NCBI RefSeq assembly: GCF_004010195.1
Contig: NC_057719.1
Span: 50,519,008 to 50,583,007 of the forward strand
Length of the DNA: 64,000 nucleotides
Reading direction: 5' to 3'
Source: Chiloscyllium plagiosum
Lineage: Eukaryota
This document shows, piece by piece, positions 49,285 to 60,999 of this stretch. The translations under genes were made by a program, and so were the position numbers. The notes under the pieces are model-generated. The model had not been told where the DNA came from, did not search any database, and worked only from the letters and a program-made list of their open reading frames with translations. The first letter of the stretch is position 1. The number at the start of each line of letters is the position of its first letter.

Positions 49285-50744
49285 GTAAAAGAAAGACTTA
49301 AATGCACGTACGCAGCTGTACTTTTTTCCCTTAATAGGAATTAACTGAAAATACATTGTTTAGCTGCAAAGCTGTTGCTGTTGTCTGACTTGAAGCTTTT
49401 CTAACACTATATATGTGATATTCAAGCACATAGTCATAGTGGACTCAACTGTATTTTTTTTCAAAATCAGAGACAGGCAACTACATCACAAGGCCATTCT
49501 GATATCCTGTTTCTATGGTTACCGTAACAGCATTTATCAGTTCCTTATGAGAAGAGGCAAAGCAAATCTGTATGCACATGGCAAGGTTCCAGCATTTCAA
49601 TTGAAAAAGCACTTTGAACTGCTGCCAAGTTTATAAGAAGCATAGCTGTCAGGACTGCTTAATGCTGGCAGTTTGTATTTGGCAAGCTTTCACCTCCCAT
49701 GATTCTTCACTTGGCTATTTTCCATGTACTTAGCGGAAGCTAAAAATTAACCCATGAAGGTGATGGTATAAAGTGAGATTTCAAATTTGTAGTCTCAAAT
49801 ATGGTTTAGAACATAGATAAACAGACTTTTTTTAAAAAAAAAATAAAATTTGAGTAACCTTTACTTCACTTTCAGTAATTTGAATTCTGACCTTTAACAA
49901 CTTATCCATTATTATTCAATTCCCTTGCAAAAGAAACTGTTCATTAAAATATTTTACTTAATAATTATACCTAATTACTTCTAGAGATATGCAGTGCTAA
50001 GTTTATCTTTTTACTGGAATCATTTGAAATTTTGGAATGTCAGCATTGTTTTTGTAGATTACAATGGTTTACTGTTGAAGTATTCTAGGTAGTATATTTG
50101 TGAAAGAGTACGCTGTAGCTGAAAGCACAATGGGTTCATTATGAAGAAATAAAGGGTTACGGCAAAAAAATGCAGAATTTTTAACCAACATGGAGATCAA
50201 GAGTGTTCACTTTTCCCCTTTGCTGTTCAGCAGCTTCTAATACGAATGGTCAAAATTGTCTGTTATTCATGCAGCTGGAAGAAGTTCAGAAAAATTATGC
50301 CTGGCACGTATTGTAAAGAATGGCTAGTATGAACCCAGCTCCATTATTCGTGCTGGAGTATTTGCTAGTTTATGCTACGCAAATAAAATTGTGTAGCAAA
50401 TTTCCTAACTTGTTAGGAAAAAAAGACAAACATTGCCTTTCCCTATTCCAACATGGCAAAGTGTATGAGTAGTCCTGAATTTTTTTATGGCATTAGTTAG
50501 TCAATCATCTGTATATCCATTTGAAATGATGAAATGGTTGCTTCATGTATTACCAATGAATAAAGTGAGTAGTTTTTAATGTTTGGAATATGCATTTTTA
50601 ATCAAATGAAATTTAGAAGTTAAAAGACAAACTGTGTTAGGAAGTCAGTTACTGCCATCACTGCTTTGTAATGTAATATCTTCAATAATTGTATTTCCAA
50701 ATGCAGTGTCATACATTTTGTTTTGTTGTTGAATGGAATGACAA

Positions 50745-51540
50745 TAATAATGCACAAAAGGAGGCCATTCGGCATATTGTACCTCTGTGGTTCTTTAAAA
50801 GACCTATTCAATTAGTTCCCCACTCTAGTTTTGTCCCCATAGCACCTTTTTATCCTCTCTGATCAAGTATTGAATTCCCTTCTGGAAATTACTATCGAAT
50901 CTGCTACCATTTCAGGCAATGTATTCCAGAAAGCAGCAAATCACTTCATAAAAAGTAATTTCCTCATGTTTATGTCGTGTCTAGTGTACTCTAGTGATTG
51001 AGCCTTTTGCATGCCTCTCTTTGCACTGATTGGTAAAATGTCCAAATTTTTGGATCTTTCTACACATTTGAAGTCCCTCATTTCTAGTACCATACAAGTA
51101 AATCTCTTCTGTGCATTCTCTCAGTCTTTGACTTCCTTCCTAAAGTGTGATGCTCATAATTGAGCATGATACTCTGGTTGAAGTCTAGCCAGTGCTTTAA
51201 AATGTTTAGCAGAACTTCCTTGTTTCTGTATTCTATATTTCTATTAATAAACATGACACTCCTCTGTGTTTTAATGGTGGTCTCAATTTAACCTGCCACC
51301 TGCAAAGATCTATGTCTCTTTCTGCAGTCCTTTGAAAGTTACACCATTTTGTTTATGTTCCTTTTACTTTTTTTCCTCACAAACCAGCAATTTACACTTG
51401 TGTTAAATTTAATCTGTCATGTGCCTCCTAATTCATCAGATTGTGTTCTTCTGAAGCCTGTTATTATGTTGTTGTTTACCCACATTTCTGAGTTTTGTGT
51501 TATGTTTAAACTTGCAAAATCATGCTGTATCACAAACATA
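50745..51540 (-). mobile_element. Old CR1 3' fragment
   Basis: Tail 'ggaggccattcggc' and reversed ORF2 remnants 'ccttcctaaagtgtgatgctcataattgagcatgatactc'. Confidence 0.7.
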
Positions 51541-52689
51541 TATATTTTACTGACATGGTTATAAGCTGTCTACCAGTTAACCCAATTTTAAGATATGAAA
51601 CTTGGGATTGTGGATTTTCATTTTCAACATTATTACTTATTTTTCAGCCATGTTCCTCCCTGCTTATTTATCCTTCCTTGTGGAATGTTGTGAAACTGTA
51701 ACATAAAGCTTTGGTTGTTTTTCAGATCCCATTAGTCACTGATAGAGGCCAGAAGCAGGGGTATTTCTTGGCCACATCCTTGCTAAACATTTGTTGAATT
51801 GGGGATACAGTTTGTTTGAACTTAACAAATTTTTGGCAGCCTATCTGTTAGAGTTTGCAGGGTTGGAAAATTGTGCCTTTTAGCTTTCAGAGTGCAGTTG
51901 GAGTGTTTTGTCCAAAAGAAGCATGTTTAGATGACTGCATGTGTCGATGGCTTTACTAGAAATGAAGATAATAAAATTATAACATCTTTACAGAGCAAAC
52001 TTTATTTTAGAAGGACTTTTGAGTGTTTGAGTAAAATCAAAAGCTGTTCACAACAAAACTAAGATCCTTCATTTAGTGTTTTAAGTAACAGCAAGCAACC
52101 CAGCCAAACTGATGATGAATATTTACTTACAATGTTGGCTGCAGATGTTATATGTGAAGTCATTTTCCACAATCTAGTGCTAAGTGGGCATGGGCCCACG
52201 TAATAAAACTGTCCGTAATTTGGCATTAGTGAACCTACATTGATAATCTCATCTGTCTGGTCATAAGGATGCTTGCAGCTGGGAATAGAAAATTCACTAA
52301 CGTAGTGGCTGCTGTCCTTCTATGGTTAGTGTATTGTTAAGGCAGAGTAAAAGCTGTTTTGTTGATGCGCATTTGGCCTGTGCTGTTACTACAAAAGTGG
52401 ACAAGATTGCTAAATACTTAGCATAGAAGATTTTCAGCATGACCAGCAAATAAATATAAGTCCTTTCTCCCTAACCAAAATAAATGCAAATTACTGTAGT
52501 TTGTCAAGTTTTATTTTTGATTTTAAAAGGTTGAATACAAGAGTTTTAATGTTACTCATTAGATTTGGTTATCTTAATGCATAGGTAAATTATTCTACAT
52601 AGACCAGAAGTTAAGGAATCATTTAGTTTAGAGTGCTTACCTTTGATGTCCTATTCTTTTAATCAACCTGTTCAGACAGGTTATGACAC

Positions 52690-52765
52690 ACCTATGTGTT
52701 AAACGGGATTTGAACCTGAACCATCTGGCCCAAAGATAGAGAACACTACCACTGTCACAAGACCC
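52690..52765 (-). mobile_element. tRNA-derived SINE head, diverged
   Basis: Reverse complement has an A-box-like 'gtgacagtggtagtg' and B box 'ggttcaaatccc'. Confidence 0.5.
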
Positions 52766-53401
52766 TGTGTCAATTGTGTCCTGTTTAACTGGGCAAGAGG
52801 AAGCAAGTATACAGGCAACTGAAAGCTGAGGTGCAGCAAAGAACTCACAACTAAAGAATAGATATGGTGGGTGGAAATAGCATAGGACACTCAGCAACTT
52901 GCTGATGATCACAACACGCTTGACTTATTCAGTGCACTCGAAGCCATTTACCATCTGAATACCCAGGACTCGGGGTCAAAACAGACAGTTGCTCATCAGA
53001 GACCGAGAGGCAGTCAACACCTGGTGGAAAGAGCATTTCAAAGACCTCTTCAACCAAGACACATCATTTGACTCAAGTGCTCTGAACAGTCTGCAACAGA
53101 CGACCCTTTGTCTTTTCAATGCACCTCTAACCTGCAGGAAATTGAAAAAGCCATCTGCGAGCTTAAAAAAAACAAGTGGAATCCATGCTAAAGTACTGAA
53201 ATATGCTGGAGAGACACTCTTGACATGAATCCACAAACTCATCACCCTTGTTTGGAAGGAATTCAGCATGCTACAAGATTCCACAGATGTCTTAATTATG
53301 ACCATCTTCAAGAAAGGAGACAGGTCCAACTGTGCAAAATAGAGAATTTCCCTACCATTCACCATGGGCAAAGTGATTGCAAGTTCCTCTGTTCTTTGTT
53401 G

Positions 53402-53744
53402 GAGCGGCACGGTGGCTCAGTGGTTAGCACTGCTGCCTCACAGCACCACGCACCCAGGTTCGATTCCTGCCTCGGGCAACTGTCTGTGTGGAGTTTGCAC
53501 ATTCTCCCCGTGTCTGCTTGGGTTTCCTCCGGATGCTTTGGTTTCCTCCCACAATCCAAAGATGTGCAGGTCAGCTGAATCGGCCATGTTAAATTGCCCA
53601 TTGTGTTAAATACATTAGTCAGAGGTAAATATAGGATAGGGGAATGGGTCTGGGTGGGTTACTCTTCGGAGGGTTGGTGCGGACTTGTTGGGCCGAAGGA
53701 CCTGTTTCCGTACTGTAGGGAATCTAGTCGAATCTAATCTAATC
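53402..53744 (+). mobile_element. HE1-type SINE
   Basis: Head 'gcggcacggtggctcagtggttagc', core and (AATCT)n tail. Confidence 0.94.
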
Positions 53745-53957
53745 TTTCCTCCCAATGGCTGAAAAGCTCTTCCCCGAGTCTCAAAGTAGTTTCAGTACAT
53801 CAAGAGACACAATGGATTTGTCATGCACTGAAGATCAAGAAAAGCACAGGGAACAAAAGCAATCTCTGTACACAATCTCACACAGACCTCCATCTCTGTC
53901 AACTATGAGGAGTTCTGGAATATCAGGGTCAAATTCAGCTGCCTGCAGAAATATATC

Positions 53958-54186
53958 TTTGAGGAGAAAGTGAGGTCTGCAGATGCTGGAAATCAGAGAT
54001 GGAAATGTGTTGCTGGAAAAGCGCAGCAGGTCAGGCAGCATCTAGGGAACAGGAGAATCGACGTTTCGGGCATTAGCCCTTCTTCAGGGCTTTCCTGAAG
54101 AAGGGCTAATGCCCGAAACGTCGATTCTCCTGTTCCCTAGATGCTGCCTGACCTGCTGCGCTTTTCCAGCAACACATTTCCATCAT
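53958..54186. mobile_element. Palindromic hammerhead-family element with 15-bp TSD
   Basis: Perfect 91-bp inverted repeat at 53998-54088 / 54094-54184 with a 5-nt spacer; TSD CTGCAGAAATATATC at 53943-53957 and 54187-54201. Confidence 0.95.
54092..54126 (+). ncRNA. Minimal type I hammerhead ribozyme, intact core (mirror copy on - strand at about 54057-54090)
   Basis: TTC-CTGAAGA-A-GGGC(TAAT)GCCC-GAAA-CGTC|GATT; all core residues present; predicted cleavage after GUC at 54122. Confidence 0.8.
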
Positions 54187-55051
54187 CTGCAGAAATATAT
54201 CACCAATCTCCACTTGTTTCACAATGACATGCAAGCTTTCGTCTTCACCAATTGATGCACCACAGATCCAATATGAGCACAGACCTGGTGTTACCAGGAC
54301 TGTGTAGTGCACCAATGCACTTCTCCAACTTCCTTCCTGCAACACTCCATTCCATCTCCATGAAGCTCCCGGCTGGAGTGGAGCTAACTGGCTGGATGAG
54401 CGGGAAACTGTTCTACCTTCAGTGCCCCAGGCCAGAACCAAGATCACCCCAACTGTCATCAAACTGCAGTATGCAGGTGATGTCTACATGTCTGCCCAGT
54501 GAGGTTGAGCTGTAAACCATGCCTTCACTGAAGTGTAGGGGAGAATGCGCTCCCCCCCACCCCCAAAAACCATCAAAGTCCAAGGCAAGATCTGGATAAC
54601 ATAACTGTTTCCCACATTGACAGTGAAATCCAGCATTGATTCCAAGGTGCCAGTGCAGCCGAGGATGCCTAAGGAACTGAGTTCAAAGTCCAAAACCAAG
54701 CTCATGATTTACAGAACAACTGTGATTCCCACTCTCCTGCATATATCAGAAACATGGACCATGTACACCAACACCTCAACTCCCTGACAGTTATCACCAG
54801 TGCTGCTTCTCAAACTCCGACAAGTCCACTAACAGGATAGGAAACCAATGTGAGTATCCTCTCCAAGGCCGTTATTTGCAATAACAAGTCACAGCTCACG
54901 CATGATCAGCTGCATTGGATGGGTCACATGGCCAATGCAAGACTCCATAAACAAATGCTCTACTCTGAACTCTGCAATAGTATCCTAGTAGATCACTAGG
55001 ATGGCAGAGGAGATGCTACAAGGACACCCTGGAAGCCTCCCTAAATGAATA

Positions 55052-55267
55052 CAGGTAGTTCTTCTATAACGCGATGGTTATGTTCTTGTGCAAACCCTTG
55101 TTATAGAAAAAGCACACTTTGCCAACACTTTAAGCACTGTTTCTAATGTAACAGCCTCACAGCCAACACAAGTTTTAAAAGTTTGCCCTTTAGAAACAGG
55201 TCCCCAATTCGTCAGCCGCATTAGTGAATTTGCGTTAGCGGAATGCGCGTTATAGCAGAATTACCTG
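55052..55267. mobile_element. Tigger/pogo-like MITE (Tc1/mariner superfamily)
   Basis: 22-bp TIRs CAGGTAGTTCTTCTATAACGCG / CGCGTTATAGCAGAATTACCTG (2 mismatches); TA on both sides. Confidence 0.9.
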
Positions 55268-55594
55268 TACGATATTCTTGCCAACACATGGAAATCATTT
55301 GCTCTAGAATGCACAAATTGGAGAAGAAGCCTCCGCGAAGATGCCAACCACTTTGCATATCATTGAGTGGAGCATGTGGAGGCCAAGCACAAGTAGTGGA
55401 ATAAGCACGCAGAGTCTGGAGTCTCACCTCTTAAACACCCCTGCCCCGCCTTTGGCAGAGTGTGCAACTCCAGGATTAGACTAGTCAATTGCTGTACTTT
55501 CTCATTCTTATCCAAGTTTTGAATGTGTTAAAATTTACTGCATATGACCACTATCTATTTTGTTTTAATATTACCAGTGGTGAATTCAGTAGTG

Positions 55595-55690
55595 GAATGC
55601 CCTAATGAAGGGCTTATGCCCAAAACGTTGATTCTCCTGCTCCTCATGCTGCCTGACCTGCTGTGCTTTTCCAGCACCACAATCTCTACT
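55595..55690 (+). mobile_element. Short hammerhead-family retroelement with 15-bp TSD
   Basis: CTaATGA-A-GGGC ttat GCCC-aAAACGTT then body; TSD GTGAATTCAGTAGTG at 55580-55594 and 55691-55705. Confidence 0.9.
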
Positions 55691-56379
55691 GTGAATTCAG
55701 TAGTGCACATCCAGTGTGTTCTGGTGAATACAGAGTTTTGAACCTGTCTAAAACTCTGATTACTACAGACCTCATTTGTATTGTTTGTTATATTAATTAA
55801 AATAGAAAAATCCAAAAGATTAAAATATTTTAACTTAATTCTCTATAATGTTGAGGTTGATATGTTAACTGTTCTGAAATTCTGCTAGGCAGTGAATATG
55901 TACCTCCAGCCTGTGATCTTTACCAATTCTGTGTGCCTACGTGATATTATTTCATGATGAAAACCAAGAGAATTATTTCTAGGTATACTTTAGAGAGTGC
56001 TGTAGGTATACTTTAGAGAGTACAGCCTTGTTTTTGATAGTTTTGCATTATGATCTTGTATTTGGCTAATTGTGTGCAATAAGTTGGAGTTGGGAACTAT
56101 TACCAATTAGGCTGATAACATGGATACTTGTAGTTAATTTTACTTTGTATTAACTTCAGTCATGAGTATGCAAAGATTATGTTGCTGTTAACATTTTGAT
56201 TTATCAGATGTGTGTTCTGTTTATATTTGTAAGGGTTTCAATGATAATATAAGTGTAGATTTTGCAGGAGTACTAGCAGTTAGTCTATCCATATTTAGTT
56301 TCTGTGAAATAAATAATCCACACGTCTACAGTTAAGGATTTAAAAAAAAACAGGAAGTTGCTGACTGATTTTCCCTACT

Positions 56380-57420
56380 TCTTTAGTAAGGTCTTTGACA
56401 AGATCCCGCATCGTAGGAACATTAGGTCACGTGGGATTCAGGGAGAGAGAACCAATTGGATGCAAAATTGGCTTGATGGTAGAAGACAGAGTGTGGAGTC
56501 CTGTGACCAGTGGTGTGCTTTGAGGATTGGTTCTGGGTCCACTGTTGATTGTCATTTGTATCAATGATTTGGATGAGAATATAGATGTGATTGGTGAGTT
56601 TGCAGATGACACCAAAATTGGTCGCATAGTGGACAGTGTAAAAGGTTACCGTAGACTACAGAGGGACCTTGATCAGATGGATCAATGGGCCAAGAAGTGA
56701 CAGATGGAGTTCAACTTAGATAACTGCAAGGGGTTGCAATTTGGTAAGGCAGGACTTACACAGTTAATAGTAGGGCCCTGGGGACTGTTGTTGAACAAAG
56801 GGACCTATGGGTGAAGGCTTGTAGTTGCAGGTAGACAGGGTGGTGGAGGTAGTGTTTGGCGTGCTTGCCTTCATTGGTCATATCACTGAATACAGGAGTT
56901 GGGACATCACGTTGCGGCCGTGTAAGACATTGGTGAAGCCACTTTCAGAAGACTGTGTACAATTCTGGTCACCCTATTATAGAAAGGATGTTGTTAAAGT
57001 AGAAAGGGTGCAGAAAAAACTTTACCAGGATTTGCGAGGACTGCAAGATTTGAGTTATAAGGAGGAGCTGAAGATCTGGGACTTTTTTTTTCCCCGGAGC
57101 ATTAGAGGCTAAGCGGTGACTTTGTAGAGGTTTCTAAAATCATGAGGAGCATAGATAAAATGAATATCCAAGACCTTTTCCCAAAAGATTTAAAAGAAAC
57201 CTGAGAGGCAACATTTTCAAAGGGTGATGCATGTATGGAATGAGTTTCAAGAGGAAGTGTTGGAGGTGGGTACAATTAAAACATTTGAATAGATACATGA
57301 ATTGGAAAGGTTTCGAGGAATATGGACCAAGTGCAGGCAAATGGGATGAATTCAGTTTGGGATACCTTGATAATTTGGACCGTAGGGCCTGTTTCTGTGC
57401 TGTATGACCCTATGACTCTC
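56380..57420 (+). mobile_element. CR1 3' fragment
   Basis: 'FSKVFDKIPH', 'FADDTKIG' and 'CVQFWSPYYRKDVVKVERVQK'; tail 'tatgactct'. Confidence 0.92.
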
Positions 57421-57487
57421 TTTATTCTAAGGCCAAAAAATGTATCACTGAAGCACATGCAGAGAATGAAATTCGGAGATTCACTTT

Positions 57488-57590
57488 GCTTTGACAAGGG
57501 GTCAGTTAGAGTCGAAATGTCAGTTCTTTTCTCTCCTTACAGATGCTGCCAGACCTGCTGAGATTTTCCAGCATTTTCTCTTTTGGTTTC
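57488..57590 (+). mobile_element. Old hammerhead-family copy
   Basis: 'ttgacaaggggtcagttagagtcgaaatgtcag...cagatgctgccagacctgctgagattttccagc'. Confidence 0.7.
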
Positions 57591-58934
57591 TGTACGAAGT
57601 GTTTTTTTGTTGTGGATCCTGTTGGACCACATGGATCATTTGGAGTGGCAGTTAGAGGCAATGAAGAGTTTACACGAGCGAGAAGGTGTGATGAATGGCA
57701 GTATGGCAGTTTTCAGAAGGTAGAGACACCGTAGATACAGTCGTGTAGATGGTTGACTGCTAGGAATGGTAAGAGAGGTATCCATGTTGTGCAGGATTCT
57801 CTTGTGGCTATCCCCAACTCTAATATCCCCATCTCTGTTTTGGATACTGTAGTGTTGGGGGTGGTCTCTCAGGAGAGAAGAGCGCTGATGGCCAGGTTTC
57901 GGGTGCTGTGACTGGCTCTACTGTAATGAGAGGCATGTCACATTACAAGTGATCGATTATAACAGGGGACTCTGTAGTCTAGGGCACAGACAGACATTTC
58001 AGGATGGTGTGTTGCTTTCCTGATGGCAGGGTGAAGAATGTCTCGGAGAGGGTGCAGAATATTCTGGAAAGGGATCAGCAGTTTATTGTTCACATAGGAA
58101 CCAACAACATAGGTAGAGAAAGGGATGAGGTTCTGCAGAAGGAATGTTGGAAACTAGGCAGAAAGTTAGAAAGTAGGTCCTCAGTGGAAGCAATATCTAG
58201 GTTTATACCGGTGCTATGCGCTACTGAGAGTAGGAATAGAAAGTTAGAACAGATGAATGCATGGCTAAGGAGCCTGTGCAGGGGCAAGGATTCACATTTT
58301 TGGATCATTGCGATCTCTACAGGGGTAGAAATTATCAGTTTAAGGGCGATTGTTTCCAGCTGAATTGGAAGTGGATAAATATCCTTGCGGGTAGATTTGT
58401 TACTCAGGAGGCTTTAAACTAGTAAGAGGGGTGGGGAGGGGAGTGGGAACCAAAATGATAGTGAAAAAAGAGGAAAGTCTGAGGCTAGAAAATAGATTAG
58501 GGCAGCAAGTCAAATAGTCAAGGCAGACAGCTTGGCAGAGAATGAGGTAAGACTGATAAATTAAAGTCTGTTTACTTCAATGCAAAAGGCTTGACAGGTA
58601 AAGTAGATGAACTTAGGGGATAGTTGTGAACGTGGGACTGAGATACCATTGCTGTCACAGAAATGTGGCTCAAAGATGGACAGGACTGGCAAATTAATGT
58701 TCCATGGTATAGATGCTATTGGAAGAATAGAGAGGGAGGCAAGAGGAGGGGGAGTGGCATTTTTGTTCGGGATAACATTACAGCTATAAGGGAGAATATC
58801 CTTGGGAGATCTTCCAATGACATTACATTGAATGGAACTGAGAAATACGAAAGATGATCACTTAGTTGGGATTGTATTATAGGACCGCCATAGTCAATGG
58901 GAAATTGAGAAACAAATATTTGAGGAGATTTCTG

Positions 58935-59270
58935 ATACCTTCAACGATACCTCCCACTGCATTGGGAAAGTAACCAACATAATCCTGGTTATGCTCTTTT
59001 CCACTGTCGCCTGTCAGGCAGAATGTTTGTATACATGTATTAGCAGGTTTGAGAACATTTTCCCCTCTGTTATCAAACTTCTGAATACTTTAATTCTTTA
59101 ATGTTAATATTGATCTCTCTCTGCATCTTCTCAGCAGTTGTAACATTGTATCCTGCACTTTTTTCTGTTACCCAGGTGCACTTATATAGTACAATCTGCC
59201 TGTCAAGCATGTAAGACAACACTTTTCACTGTACCTCAGTACATGTGATGGGAATAAATCAAATCAAATA
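58935..59270 (+). mobile_element. Rex1/Babar-like LINE 3' fragment nested in the CR1
   Basis: 'cctggttatgctctttt...tcaggcagaa...aggtttgagaacattttcccc' resembles the PSGRR..RF.NSFFP C-terminus; tail 'aataaatcaaatcaaat'. Confidence 0.6.
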
Positions 59271-60930
59271 ATAGGGTTGTAATGGTAGGGGATTGAACCT
59301 TCCAACATAACTGAGACTGTCGTAGTGTTGAGGGCTTGGATGGGGAGGAATTTGTGGCATGTGTACAAGATAACTTTCTTATTCAGTATGTGGATGTACC
59401 TACTACAGAAGGAGCAATACTTTTGTTGGAAAATAAGGCAGGGCAAGTGACTGAGGTGTCAGTGGGGGAGCACTTTGGAGCAAGTGATCATAATTATGAG
59501 TTTTAAAATTGTTATGCAAAAGTACAGTGCTGATCATAGAGTTAAAATTCTAACTTGGAGTCAGGCCAATTTTGACAGTATTAGATAAGAACTTTCAAAA
59601 GTTGATTGGGATAGGCTATTCACACGTGAAGGGATAGTTCACAAGTGGAGGCCTTTGAACTCTCATTATTTCATTTTTAGAGACAGTATGTTTCTATTAG
59701 TGTGAAGGGTAAGGCTGGTAGATGTAAGGTGTGCTTATTGACTCGAGAAGTTAAGGCTCTGGTCAAGAAATAGGAGAAGGCATAGTTCAGGTCTAGACAG
59801 CTGGGACTGTGTGAATCCCGAGTGAGGTATAAGGGCAGTCGGAGTATACTTAAGATGGAAATCAGGAGGGCAAAAAAGGGGACATGAGATAGCTTTGGCA
59901 AATTGAGTGAAGGAGAATCCAAAGAGAGTCTGTAAGTACAATAAGGACAGAAGAGAGAGAGAATAGGGCCCCTTATGTGCATATGGGTGAGATCCTAATT
60001 AAGTATTTTGTGTCAGTATTTATTGTGGAAAAGGACATGGAAGCTCGGGAACTTGAGGAAATAAATAGTGATGTCTTGAAAAGAGTCCATATTACAAAAG
60101 AGAGGTGCTGAAGGTCTTAAAACCATAGAGATAGATGGTTTTCACAGACCATCAGGTGAAACAAATCAGGTGATTCCCATAACTTTGTGGGAAGCTAGGA
60201 AAGAAATTGCTGGGCCCCTTGCTGAGATATTTATATCATTGGCAGCTACGGGTGAGATTAGAGGTTGGCGAATACGGTGCCATTATTTAAGAAAGGCTGT
60301 AAGGAAAAGCCAGGGAACTATAGACCAGTGAGCCTTATGGTGGGTAAATTGTTGGAGGAAACTCTGAGGGACAGGACTTACATGCATTTGGAAAGGCAAG
60401 GGCTGATTAGGGATAGTTGACATGGCTTTGTGCGTGGGAAATTGTCTCACTAACTTGGTTTAATTTTTTTGAAGAGATGACAACGAAGATTGATGTAGGC
60501 AGAACAGTAGGCGTTGTGTATGTGGACTTAAGTCAGTGCATTCGACAAGGTTCTGCATGGTAGACTGGTTTGTAAAGTTAGATCACATGGGATCCAGGTT
60601 AGCTAGTCTCTGGATACAAAATTGGTTTGAAGGCAGGAGACAGAAGATGGTGTTTGAGGGTTGCTTTTCAGACTGGAGGCCTGTGACTAGTGGTGTGCCA
60701 TAAGGATTGATGTTGGGTCCACTGCTTTTTGTAATTTATAAAAATTATTTAGACTTGAATATAGAGGGCATGGTTAGTAAGTTTCCAGATGGCACCAAAA
60801 TAGGGTGGTGTAGTGGACATTGAAGAAGGTTATCTCAGTACAACGAGACCCTGAACAAATGGGCTGAGGAATTGTAGATGGAGTTTAATTCAGATTAATA
60901 TGAGGTGATGCATTTTGGTAAGGCAAACTA

Positions 60931-60999
60931 ACTGCTGTGCTCTTCCAGCACCACTAATCCAGAATCTGGTTTCCAGCATCTGCAGTCATTGTTTTTACC
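60931..60999 (+). mobile_element. 5'-truncated hammerhead-family copy nested in the CR1
   Basis: 'ctgctgtgctcttccagcaccac...tccagcatctgcagtcattgtttttacc' interrupts the CR1 'ggcaaact|caggacttacac'. Confidence 0.75.

Larger units (their letters stand above)
52780..55500 (+). mobile_element. Decayed RTE-clade LINE with three nested insertions
   Basis: 'WWKEHFKDLFNQ', 'GIHAKVLKYAG', 'IFKKGDRSNC', 'LFPESQSSF' and C-terminal 'KQMLYSEL...YKDTLEASL'. Confidence 0.82.

Noticed and set aside
51725..51760. Possible exon after acceptor 'ttgtttttcag'
   Set aside because: In the phase required by the 49284 donor it reaches TAG within three codons, and the donor is weak.
53402..53475. tRNA gene (A and B boxes)
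   Set aside because: These are SINE heads continuing into HE1 core sequence, not standalone cloverleaf tRNAs.
55980..56021. 19-bp direct repeat TAGGTATACTTTAGAGAGT x2 (similar short duplications at 34020-34059 and 63080-63115)
   Set aside because: Local slippage-type duplications with no further structure.
58004..58363. SGNH/GDSL esterase-like ORF as a host enzyme gene
   Set aside because: It is the ORF1 esterase domain of the surrounding CR1, collinear with its endonuclease and RT.
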